From Planctomycetota bacterium (GTDB taxonomy: Bacteria; Planctomycetota; SZUA-567; H5-PLA8), in NCBI GenBank assembly GCA_038227875.1, contig JBBRPR010000010.1:130344-194343 (forward strand): 64,000 nt of DNA. The letters are read 5' to 3'. The notes beneath the pieces are model-generated. The model was not told the DNA's origin, did not search any database, and saw only the letters and a list, made by a program, of their open reading frames with translations. How positions within the stretch are numbered: the stretch's first letter is position 1; the number at the start of each line of letters is the position of its first letter. Of the stretch, positions 38,179 through 47,003 are shown in pieces. Position numbers and translations under genes: made by a program.

Positions 38179-38200
38179 AATACTTGTTTTAACGACAAAT
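38179..38200. promoter_or_regulatory. Second copy of the putative MarR operator
   Basis: AATACTTGTTTTAACGACAAAT, 18/22 identical to the reverse complement of 37664-37685. Confidence 0.65.
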
Positions 38201-38226
38201 GTTAAAACGGAAAAAAGGAGGGTAAT

Positions 38227-38703
38227 ATGAACACTCTAAACGTAGGACTTCCAAGTGGCTCGCAATCGGGATCGACTTCGACTGGACTGCTGGCGACAGC
38301 CGAACATGCCGCCCCACTTGCCGGGCGATTTCTGCTCAGCTTGATTTTCCTGATGAGCGCGGTCGGCAAGTCGACGCAATTTTCAGGCACAGCGGCGATG
38401 ATGCAATCGAAGGGGATGCCCGCGGCACCGTTCTTCCTGGTGATGGCGCTGCTCTTTGAAATTTTCGGCGGGCTTTCTGTCCTGACCGGATTCAAAGCGC
38501 GTTACGGCGCTCTGGCACTGATAGTGTTCCTGATTCCCGCGACGCTGATCTTTCATAATTTCTGGGCGTACACGGGCACGGAGCAAATGGGCCAGATGAC
38601 CAATTTTCTCAAGAACCTGTCGATCATCGGCGGTCTGCTGCTGATCGCCAGTCGCGGCCCCGGACCGATCAGTTTCGACGCACGTGCGGCGAAGCGCGAA
38701 TAA
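38227..38703 (+). CDS. DoxX family membrane protein
   Basis: GRFLLSLIF, EIFGGL, TLIFHNFW, FLKNLSIIGGLL and GPGPISFD. Confidence 0.92.
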   Translation: MNTLNVGLPSGSQSGSTSTGLLATAEHAAPLAGRFLLSLIFLMSAVGKSTQFSGTAAMMQSKGMPAAPFFLVMALLFEIFGGLSVLTGFKARYGALALIVFLIPATLIFHNFWAYTGTEQMGQMTNFLKNLSIIGGLLLIASRGPGPISFDARAAKRE

Positions 38704-38761
38704 ACGCTGGGCGTAATGCGATCAAGTAAATAGGAACATCTTAAGGTGGAGGAAAATAATC

Positions 38762-39463
38762 ATGATTACTCTGAGACCCGCAAAGGCACGTGGACATACT
38801 GAAATCGGTTGGCTCGACAGTTGGCACACATTCTCGTTCAGCGATTATCGCGATCCTAAGCACATGGGTTTTGGCCCGCTGCGCGTGATCAACGACGACC
38901 GCGTTGCGCCGGGAGCGGGGTTCGGCATGCATCCGCACCGCGATATGGAAATCATTACGTACGTGCTGGACGGTGAATTGGAACATCGCGACAGCATGGG
39001 CAACGGCGCGGTACTGCATCCCGGTGAAGTTCAGGCGATGACCGCCGGAACCGGAATTATGCATAGCGAATACAATCCGTCGGAGAAAGCGGAAGTCCGA
39101 CTCGTGCAGATCTGGATTCAACCGGAGAAGCATGGTCTGACGCCGCAGTACGCCGACCAGACCGTCGACACGGCAATGCAACCGGGCGAATTCCGCTTAA
39201 TCGCCGCGGGCAATCCCAGCGGCAGCGCGCTGAAGATTCATCAGGACGCCAGCGTGTACGTGGTCAAACCGGTGGCTGATCGAGCCTCGAAGCTGGAACT
39301 GAAGCCGGGCAGGCGGGCGTGGATTCAGATGCTCCGCGGTTCTGCCTCCCTGAATGGAAAGGCCTTAAACGAAGGCGATGGCGCGGCGGTGACCGATGAA
39401 CCCGTACTTGAACTGAATGGCTCGCCGGACGCGGAAGTCATGGTGTTCGACCTAGCGGCGTAA
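38762..39463 (+). CDS. Pirin family protein (YhhW-like)
   Basis: WLDSWHTFSF, LRVINDD, HPHRDMEI, MTAGTGIMHSE and QIWI. Confidence 0.95.
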   Translation: MITLRPAKARGHTEIGWLDSWHTFSFSDYRDPKHMGFGPLRVINDDRVAPGAGFGMHPHRDMEIITYVLDGELEHRDSMGNGAVLHPGEVQAMTAGTGIMHSEYNPSEKAEVRLVQIWIQPEKHGLTPQYADQTVDTAMQPGEFRLIAAGNPSGSALKIHQDASVYVVKPVADRASKLELKPGRRAWIQMLRGSASLNGKALNEGDGAAVTDEPVLELNGSPDAEVMVFDLAA

Positions 39464-39489
39464 AGCAGGAAACTATCCAAATTGAACGC

Positions 39490-39516
39490 AGCGCCCGGAT
39501 TCGTCCGGGCGCTTTG
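39490..39516 (+). terminator. Probable intrinsic terminator
   Basis: AGCGCCCGGA-TTCG-TCCGGGCGCT followed by a short T run. Confidence 0.6.
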
Positions 39517-39582
39517 CTGTGCAAATTGATTCGCGAGATCGCGCTGCTAAGCTCGAAACACTCTCACAACCAAGGTGCCATC

Positions 39583-40539
39583 ATGCGCAGTTTTGACAGT
39601 CTTTCCGAACGCGAACTTCTTGCTCTGGCCATTGCGCTGGAAGAAGAAGACGCAAAAATTTACGGTGACTTCGCCGACGGTTTGAAGGACACGTATCCCG
39701 GCAGTGCGAAAGTATTCGATAGCATGCGCGTGGAAGAGGATGGCCATCGGCACCGTCTGCTCGATTTGTATCGCACGAAGTTCGGCGACCACATTCCCCA
39801 CGTGCGGCGTGAAGATGTACGCGGTTTCGTGAAACGCCGGCCGGTCTGGCTGACTCGCCCGCTCGGCCTGGAGACGGTGCGCAACCAGGCGAGCATTATG
39901 GAGGCGGAGACCAAGCGCTTCTACGAAACGGTCGCGCGAAAGTCGACCGACGCGAGCATCCGGCAGTTGCTCGGCGATCTGGCCGCCGAGGAGCAGCATC
40001 ATACAATTCTGGCGGAAGAATTGGGCCGCGAAAATCTGACACCGCAAGTCCGCGAAGAGGAAGCGAAATCGGAGCGGCGCTTGTTCGTGCTGCAGGTGAT
40101 CCAGCCGGGACTGGCCGGGCTGATGGACGGGTCGGTCTCGACACTGGCGCCGGTGTTCGCCGCAGCGTTCGCAACGCAGAAATCCTGGGATGCATTTCTG
40201 GTGGGTCTGGCCGCGTCGATCGGCGCGGGCATCAGCATGGGTTTTGCCGAAGCACTCTCCGACGACGGTTCGCTGACCGGACGCGGTCACCCGTGGCTTC
40301 GTGGTGTGATCTGCGGACTGATGACGACGCTTGGCGGCATCGGACACACGTTGCCGTACTTGATTTCCAATTTTAAGTGGGCGACAGGCGTGGCGGTGGG
40401 CGTCGTGGTGGTGGAGTTGTGCCTGATCTCGTGGATCCGCGCGCGGTACATGGACACGCCGTTCTTGACAGCGGCGTTTCAGGTGATCATCGGCGGCGTG
40501 CTGGTGTTTTTGACGGGGATTTTGATCGGGAGTGCGTGA
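39583..40539 (+). CDS. mbfA: Iron exporter MbfA (ferritin-like plus VIT1/CCC1 domain)
   Basis: [16 protein letters not shown] and [22 protein letters not shown] and [13 protein letters not shown]. Confidence 0.93.
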   Translation: MRSFDSLSERELLALAIALEEEDAKIYGDFADGLKDTYPGSAKVFDSMRVEEDGHRHRLLDLYRTKFGDHIPHVRREDVRGFVKRRPVWLTRPLGLETVRNQASIMEAETKRFYETVARKSTDASIRQLLGDLAAEEQHHTILAEELGRENLTPQVREEEAKSERRLFVLQVIQPGLAGLMDGSVSTLAPVFAAAFATQKSWDAFLVGLAASIGAGISMGFAEALSDDGSLTGRGHPWLRGVICGLMTTLGGIGHTLPYLISNFKWATGVAVGVVVVELCLISWIRARYMDTPFLTAAFQVIIGGVLVFLTGILIGSA

Positions 40540-40553
40540 TTTATTCAATAGCG

Positions 40554-41456
40554 CTACAACAAATATTTCTTCCGATAGTCGCGCGGCGTGATGCCGTGGA
40601 ACTGTTTGAATGCCCGGGAGAGATGTGCCGCATCCGCATAACCGAGACTCATGCTGATGTCGGTGATCGATGCTTGCGGATTCAATAACAACCGGCTGGC
40701 GTGATGGATCCGGCGGCGCTGATAATATTCCAACGGGGGAAATCCTGTCGCCTTCCGGAATATCGCCGTCAGATGATTGGGCGACAGGTCCATCTTCCCT
40801 GCCAGTTCGGAAACGCTTAACAGTCTGATCTCTGCGATGCAGTCCTCTATGAAATCCAGCGCGATCCAGATTTCGCGGCGGAATTGGTAACCCAGTTCTC
40901 GCGACTCCTGTTGGACGTAGGCCCGGCCGAGTAAAATCATGAACTTGAGGAGAATCGATTTCAGCAGTGTCAGCGACGGTCGCGGCTCGTCGAGCTCACG
41001 CGTAATGTCGCGAATTTCCCGCGCTAATCCTGCGGTGTCGCGCGGAGTGAGTTGAAATTGCGGAATACGGACGGGAGTCAGCCGGCGAAAGAGACTGGCC
41101 GCGAGAAATAGCGGCACAAGGCCATCGTGTTCCCAGAGGGTGCGCGTGTCCACTAACAGCCATTCAGCAAGGTAGTGAATATTGGTTACCCGTAGGTCGC
41201 GGGGTTTGGCAAAGGCGTGAATGGTACCGGGCGCCATGACCACGACGGCTCCCTTCTGGATCTCCGCATCGTAGAAATCCGTCTTGTGAACGGCACTGCC
41301 GCTGTGCACAAAGCAGATTTCATAATAGTCATGATCGTGCGCCAAAACGGGCGCTGTAACGCGGCATTCCTGCGTATTGACCGGACGTGCGGCCGACAAC
41401 CGAGCCCGCGCCTGCGTGGCGCTGAACATCGCCTTAAGCCGGGATCGTTGATTCAT
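40554..41456 (-). CDS. AraC family regulator (copy 1)
   Basis: Cupin HDHDYYEI plus C-terminal HTH GYADAAHLSRAFK..G.TPRDYRK. Confidence 0.92.
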   Translation of the reverse strand: MNQRSRLKAMFSATQARARLSAARPVNTQECRVTAPVLAHDHDYYEICFVHSGSAVHKTDFYDAEIQKGAVVVMAPGTIHAFAKPRDLRVTNIHYLAEWLLVDTRTLWEHDGLVPLFLAASLFRRLTPVRIPQFQLTPRDTAGLAREIRDITRELDEPRPSLTLLKSILLKFMILLGRAYVQQESRELGYQFRREIWIALDFIEDCIAEIRLLSVSELAGKMDLSPNHLTAIFRKATGFPPLEYYQRRRIHHASRLLLNPQASITDISMSLGYADAAHLSRAFKQFHGITPRDYRKKYLL

Positions 41457-41559
41457 TCAAGTATTTCCATCAACGCTTCAATTTCTAAACACCCAGATAC
41501 GGTATGGTTCCCCCGATGAAGTAACAAGCGCTCATTCAGGTTTCTCAAGGAGAAGAAGC

Positions 41560-42384
41560 ATGTTCGACGATGACTATCCGCTGACGCAGGAGCACATTGC
41601 CAGCTACCGTAAGAATGGATTTGTTCAACTTGATGCCGTTATAAGCGGAGCTCATCTCAAGAGAATTCGCGACACCATCACCGCGGCCGTTCAATCGGAA
41701 GTGCGTAATGACCGGCGTGCGTTTCATGAAAAGAGCTCTTACGAACAGATTTTCATACAGAAAATCAATTTATGGGACCGCCATCCGGAATTGCGCGAGT
41801 TCTCTCTTTCGCGCCGGTTTGGCAATATCGCCGCGCGGCTTTCAGGCTTCCCGGTGCGCATTTTTACGGACCATGCGCTTTACAAGGAACCGCGAACCGG
41901 AGCGAAGACTCCGTGGCATCAGGATTCGCATTACTGGCCGCATCAGCAGGTCGGAAATCAGCTGAGTTTGTGGCTGGCCTTGTCGGACGCAACCGTTCAA
42001 TCCGGCTGCTTGTCGTTTCTACCGGGCACCCAGGCTTATCATGATCTTAAGCCAGTGGACTTGAAAAACCCCAACGCCACGAAGTTGTTCAGATCGCCCA
42101 ACCCTCACACCAAGGCGGTGTGTTGCCCGCTGAAAGCAGGTTCGTGCACGTTCAATAACGGCCTGACGTTTCATTACGCCGGACCCAATCGAACGGACAA
42201 GATGCGTGAGGCGTTTGCGATTATTTACATGCCTGATGGGACGACGTACTCCGGGCAGGCCCATCGCTTGGATCTCAGCCGATTTGCCATTGGCGATGAG
42301 TTGGATGGCGCACTTTTTCCGTTGGTGTCAGACGTGCCAGATCTCAGTCGACTCAACACGCGCGAGACGGCGTTGCAGGTCTAG
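41560..42384 (+). CDS. PhyH family Fe(II)/2-oxoglutarate dioxygenase (copy 1)
   Basis: TPWHQD, SLWLAL, GCLSFLPG and HYAGPN..R. Confidence 0.92.
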   Translation: MFDDDYPLTQEHIASYRKNGFVQLDAVISGAHLKRIRDTITAAVQSEVRNDRRAFHEKSSYEQIFIQKINLWDRHPELREFSLSRRFGNIAARLSGFPVRIFTDHALYKEPRTGAKTPWHQDSHYWPHQQVGNQLSLWLALSDATVQSGCLSFLPGTQAYHDLKPVDLKNPNATKLFRSPNPHTKAVCCPLKAGSCTFNNGLTFHYAGPNRTDKMREAFAIIYMPDGTTYSGQAHRLDLSRFAIGDELDGALFPLVSDVPDLSRLNTRETALQV

Positions 42385-42389
42385 GTCGA

Positions 42390-45149
42390 TCACTCCTTTG
42401 CCAACGCGTTCACCTCAGTGTCGTTCAAGGCCTTGGAGTAGATTCGAAAATCTTCCATGTCGCAATCGGGTCCGGGATACCACGGGCTCTTGCCAATGAT
42501 CAGCGATCCGGTATTTGCCACGACTGCATTATTGAGCGCCGCTTCCGTTTTGACGCCATCGAGATAAAGGCGCAGAGTCCCGCGTTCCCGGACGTAAGCA
42601 ACGTGCGCCCACTGACCGACCTTCAAGGGCGTTGCAGAGTCACCGCCTTCCTGTTTGTCCGGACTGGTGGTGGAGATGCGAAAGTGAAAGTTTTCGCTGG
42701 TCGGATGCAGATACAAACCCGGGCATCGCTCCAATTCGGCGTTTCCTTTCTGCAGGACTGTGCGCCAGGCTCCATTCTGCGGGCTATTGAGTTTGATCCA
42801 GAAAGCGACTGTGAAATTTCCGTTGGTCAGGTTTTGAAACTCCTGCGAATTGGGAATTTCGAGCGACTGCTCGTGACTCAAGTTGAGCGCATTACCTTTG
42901 CGTCCCGGAATAACTTTGGGACCGCCTTTGAAGATTCCATTTGGCCCCTCTCCGATTAAATTGTGCGCAATTTCATCTTTCGTGTCGTTGAATTTGAAAT
43001 GCAGGAAGAACGTTGGGAAGGATGTAAAGGTCAGAGAGTCCATGGGCAGAACCCCGTCCACAGAACGCAGACCGGCATACGACAACGTGGTTGCTTTTCG
43101 ATCGGGTATTCCGGGAATGGTCAGCGTGAGAGTTCTTCCATCCTGGGATACATTGGCGTGCGTGATTTTTGCTCCCTCAATTTTGTAGCTGCTCACTGCC
43201 GCCGCGGTGGAAGGATCCAAGGGAGTATTGCTATTAAATGTAAAGACATCCGCCTCACGGCCGGAATATTCCAATATCAATACAGGTACACGATTGAATG
43301 ATTGCAATGCCTCTGTGATTTCCTTACGCAGCGCGGCATCGTTTTCCTTGCGGAAAAGGTCCGTCAAGGTTTTGAAGACGACTTTGTTATCTGGATCGAT
43401 CTTCTGCACGGCTATCGCCGCCTTGACTTGGACATGCAAATCAGCGTCTCTCATGCACGCCTTTATCGCGGGTAGTGCATCCTTTACAGTTACACCCATT
43501 GCGCCGAGTTCAACACACGCATCGCCGCGCGCCGTGGCATCGCCACCTAGATTCTTAATCAACTCCGGTACAGGTCGTCCTTCGATGCAATACAGAAAGC
43601 TGGGTGATTTGTAGTACATGCGCGTGCCGTCGAATATGGGAGTGGTCAGATTCTGAGATCGATTTTTTCCATCCCAGACTTCTTCGATGACATTGTGCGC
43701 GAGTTCCCTGTATTGGCGGCCCGTATCGATGACGATCCCATTGCCTTGGTTGTCCATCAAGTAAATGAATTTGCCGGCGAGTGTGGGACTCGTGGAAGCT
43801 CCGGCCCACGTCCAATATTGCGTAATGGGAGCCATGGGGAGGACTTTCCGATAAACCATGGCGCCGGTCTTGGCGTCATTGACCATTAATCCACCCGCTT
43901 CGGTCATTCGATAGATCAGTCCGTCCACGAGCAGCGGCGACGCAATGATTCCCCGCTCGAAAGGCTTCTTTTCGCTTACTGGAATTTCATCCGGGGCCCA
44001 ATCGCCGTGAAAACCATACGCCGGCGTGAATTTTCCAGTCTCTGATGTTGGAATTGGATAAGCGAAAAACCCTCCACCACTTCCATTGACACGCGGATAG
44101 CCCAGGTTTGAGAAGATCACACCGTTTTCGACAATCGGCGTTGAGATGGAATCGCCGAAGATCATGTCGCCGAATAACTTTTTTCCATCACTCGCGCGCG
44201 CGAAATAGCCGCATTGATGCGCTGCGATCCACTCGTTGCCGATTTTGAATTTAAACATGGACCCATAGGTGTTGCTTCCCTGGGCCGGGAACGACCAGAT
44301 TGTCTTGCCGGTTTCCACATCGTAACCGCGCATTTCATACGCCCAGACGGCGAAGCGATTGCCACAGATCACCGGGCTGGCGAAGTTGCCATGCTCACTC
44401 GCGAATCCTGAACCGCGATGCGTCCACTTGCGATTGCCATCGAAATCGTAACACACGGAAATGCCGTTGGTGAAGAATGAGCAGATATGCTTGCCGTCGC
44501 TGGCCGGCGTTTGTCCGGCGAATCCGAAAATCGTCTGCCGCCAATCGCGTGCAAACTTTTGAGCGTTAATGGCAATTTCAGCGGCTTGGATCTGTTTCTC
44601 GATTTCCCGTTTCTTGCCCAGTGCCGGCCCGGCTGCGCCGGGCTTGCCGCCCAAGAATTGTGCATTGAGACCCTCAACCACTTCCGCATTGGCCTGCTCG
44701 AGTTGTTTTGCCAGAGGTGCTAGGATTTCGGCGTAGGCGGGAGTTGCCTTCCGTTCTTCTTCATCCAAGCCTTCAAACTCAGGACTTGAACGAATCCAGA
44801 GGTAGCGGCCTGTCTTTTTCTCAAGACACGCCAGATCGTAAACTTCCGCCGTCAGAAAAATTCTGTCACCCACGACGAGCGGACTGGCGACACTTCCAGT
44901 AGGGAGTGGCGCGGCCCAAACAATGTTCTTCGTCGCACCATCCTTACTGCGTGACCAGGTGATCGGCGGCGTGGCGCCGGGATAACGCCCGGTGCCGTCG
45001 CCTCGAAAGCCAACAGTGTCTTCCGGCGTTGGCATGAAGTTCGGCGAACCCAATTGCGCAGGTTCTGCTGCGAGAACTGTACTCATAAGAATTGCGAAAA
45101 CGCAGAGGAGTAGGACTTTTGGTGTCCTGTTGAATTGATACGAATGCAT
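42390..45149 (-). CDS. Secreted PQQ-like beta-propeller / HEAT / Ig-like / LamG multidomain protein
   Basis: FRGDGTG, SPLVVGDRIF and TPASDG propeller; short HEAT segment; LamG FTVAFWIK..WAHVAYV..LYLDG..DFRIYSKAL; start uncertain. Confidence 0.83.
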   Translation of the reverse strand: MHSYQFNRTPKVLLLCVFAILMSTVLAAEPAQLGSPNFMPTPEDTVGFRGDGTGRYPGATPPITWSRSKDGATKNIVWAAPLPTGSVASPLVVGDRIFLTAEVYDLACLEKKTGRYLWIRSSPEFEGLDEEERKATPAYAEILAPLAKQLEQANAEVVEGLNAQFLGGKPGAAGPALGKKREIEKQIQAAEIAINAQKFARDWRQTIFGFAGQTPASDGKHICSFFTNGISVCYDFDGNRKWTHRGSGFASEHGNFASPVICGNRFAVWAYEMRGYDVETGKTIWSFPAQGSNTYGSMFKFKIGNEWIAAHQCGYFARASDGKKLFGDMIFGDSISTPIVENGVIFSNLGYPRVNGSGGGFFAYPIPTSETGKFTPAYGFHGDWAPDEIPVSEKKPFERGIIASPLLVDGLIYRMTEAGGLMVNDAKTGAMVYRKVLPMAPITQYWTWAGASTSPTLAGKFIYLMDNQGNGIVIDTGRQYRELAHNVIEEVWDGKNRSQNLTTPIFDGTRMYYKSPSFLYCIEGRPVPELIKNLGGDATARGDACVELGAMGVTVKDALPAIKACMRDADLHVQVKAAIAVQKIDPDNKVVFKTLTDLFRKENDAALRKEITEALQSFNRVPVLILEYSGREADVFTFNSNTPLDPSTAAAVSSYKIEGAKITHANVSQDGRTLTLTIPGIPDRKATTLSYAGLRSVDGVLPMDSLTFTSFPTFFLHFKFNDTKDEIAHNLIGEGPNGIFKGGPKVIPGRKGNALNLSHEQSLEIPNSQEFQNLTNGNFTVAFWIKLNSPQNGAWRTVLQKGNAELERCPGLYLHPTSENFHFRISTTSPDKQEGGDSATPLKVGQWAHVAYVRERGTLRLYLDGVKTEAALNNAVVANTGSLIIGKSPWYPGPDCDMEDFRIYSKALNDTEVNALAKE

Positions 45150-45327
45150 AGGCTGACTCCAAAAAGAGGCCAATCCCGTATACATACGCTTTGTATTTTC
45201 GTCGTAAGTTGTTTTGGGTTATCCCGCTGGCGAAACAGTATGCGGGTGTACGCAGATTGCCAATAGGGTGGGCTGTAGCCGACATGTCCTTCGCGCGCAT
45301 TGACACACTTCTGATCTCAATTATAAA

Positions 45328-45457
45328 TCCGCGTGGCGCGTTCAGGGCGCCTCCGGTCCGCGGAAAGGACAGAAGTCCTCCTGAAGGAAGTTCCCACAAC
45401 TCACTTGCCTTCTTTCAGCCCGTGTTGGCGGACATCGGGCGTTCACACGAAAGGAGG
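45328..45457 (+). promoter_or_regulatory. Candidate structured 5' leader RNA
   Basis: Four consecutive stems between TTGACA(45300)..TATAAA(45322) and the SD AAAGGAGG. Confidence 0.45.
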
Positions 45458-45461
45458 TCGC

Positions 45462-46911
45462 ATGTCGACCCAGCCCTCACGTCCCGCTGCTTCCTTGCCG
45501 AAGGAAGCCAATCTTCAACACCTCAAGCATCAAGCCAAAGACCTGCAGAAGGCCTTCAATTCTGGTGCCGCCGTTGCGCGAGAACGTGTCGCTGCAATTT
45601 CAAAGCTGAAGCGTAGCGCCAAGCTCCGACTCGCTGATGCGCAGCTTGTGATTGCTCGCGAATATGGATTTGAAAGCTGGCCGAAGCTCAAGCATTTCGT
45701 GGAAGGCGACGCTACGAAACTCCTGATCGACGCAGTGAACTCGAACGATGCCAAGGCTGTCCGCGCGCTGCTCCGAAAACATCCGAAACTGAAGGCTCGA
45801 ATCAACGAGCCGATCTTTGGATTCGACTCGCCCGCCATCGTCTCCAAGTCAGGGCAGCGCGAGATGGTCGACGTCCTGCTTGAGGCCGGCGCCGATATCA
45901 ATGCGACGAGCAAGTGGTGGGCGGGCGGCTTTGGCGTGCTGCATTCGCATACTTCGCGGGGCGAGCATGGCCAATACCTGATCAGCCGCGGCGCGCGTGT
46001 CGATGCCCATGCCGCTGCGAATCCTGAATCTGGCTGACGCGCTGGAGAAATTGATCGAGGCCGACCCATTGGTCGTCAATCAGCGCGGGCTCGACGGCAT
46101 GGTTCCGCTGCATATGGCGGCCACGCCCGCGATCGCCAAACTGCTGCTCGACCGCGGGGCGGAGATCGACACGCGTGACATCGATCACGAAAGCACGCCC
46201 GCACAATACGCCATTCCCTACCGACCCGAAGTCTGTCGCTACCTTCTGAAACGCGGCGCGGAACCCGATCTCTTCATGGCTTGCGTGTTGGGGGATCTCG
46301 CGCTGACGACAAAACTCGTGAAAGCCGATCCGGGCTGCCTGCAACAACGCATCGCGAAGGGCAAATTTGTGACGACGAAGTCCGAGGGTCAGCACATCTA
46401 TGTCTACAATCTTGGCTACACGCAAACACCACTGAAATTGGCCCAGGCGCACGGCCACGCGAAGGTGTTCACATTTTTGTTGAAGCACTGTTCACTGAAG
46501 GAACGCTTCCTGCATGCGTGTTCGATGGCCGACGAGAAAGCGGTCCACGCCATTCTGAAAAAAGAGCCGAGTATTGCCGCAACCTTGACGGCGGAAGAAG
46601 CCTCCGCGATTTCCGATGCCGCGTGGAATAACGACATTGCCGCGGTGCGAACCATGCTCAAAGCCGGCTTTTCTGTCGACGCGCGCGGCATTCACCAGTC
46701 CACGCCGCTCGACCGCGCGGCGATTCGCGGTTACATCGCGATTGTCGAACTGCTGCTTGAACACGGCGCGTCGCTGGACGTCAAGAACGAGTTCGGGGGC
46801 ACGCCGCTGAGCGCAAGTAAGTGGGGCGCTGCCAATTTTCGCGATCCGAAAGGAGATTATCCGGCTGTGATCGCGCGGCTAACGAGTGCGGCAGAGGAGA
46901 AGGGTGGATAA
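45462..46911 (+). pseudogene. Ankyrin-repeat protein split by a frameshift near 46020
   Basis: N-term LPKEANLQHLKHQAKDL..LADAQLVIAREYGFESW; ankyrin repeats continue in the next frame; removing one A at about 46020 joins DAHAAA to ILNL. Confidence 0.8.
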
Positions 46912-47003
46912 GGTGTAGCTGCCGTCAGCCGCATAAATAATACGCGTTAAAGATTGCCCATGGGAAAAACGAATGCGTTCCAGTGGTACGGAACGCTTGC
47001 CGC

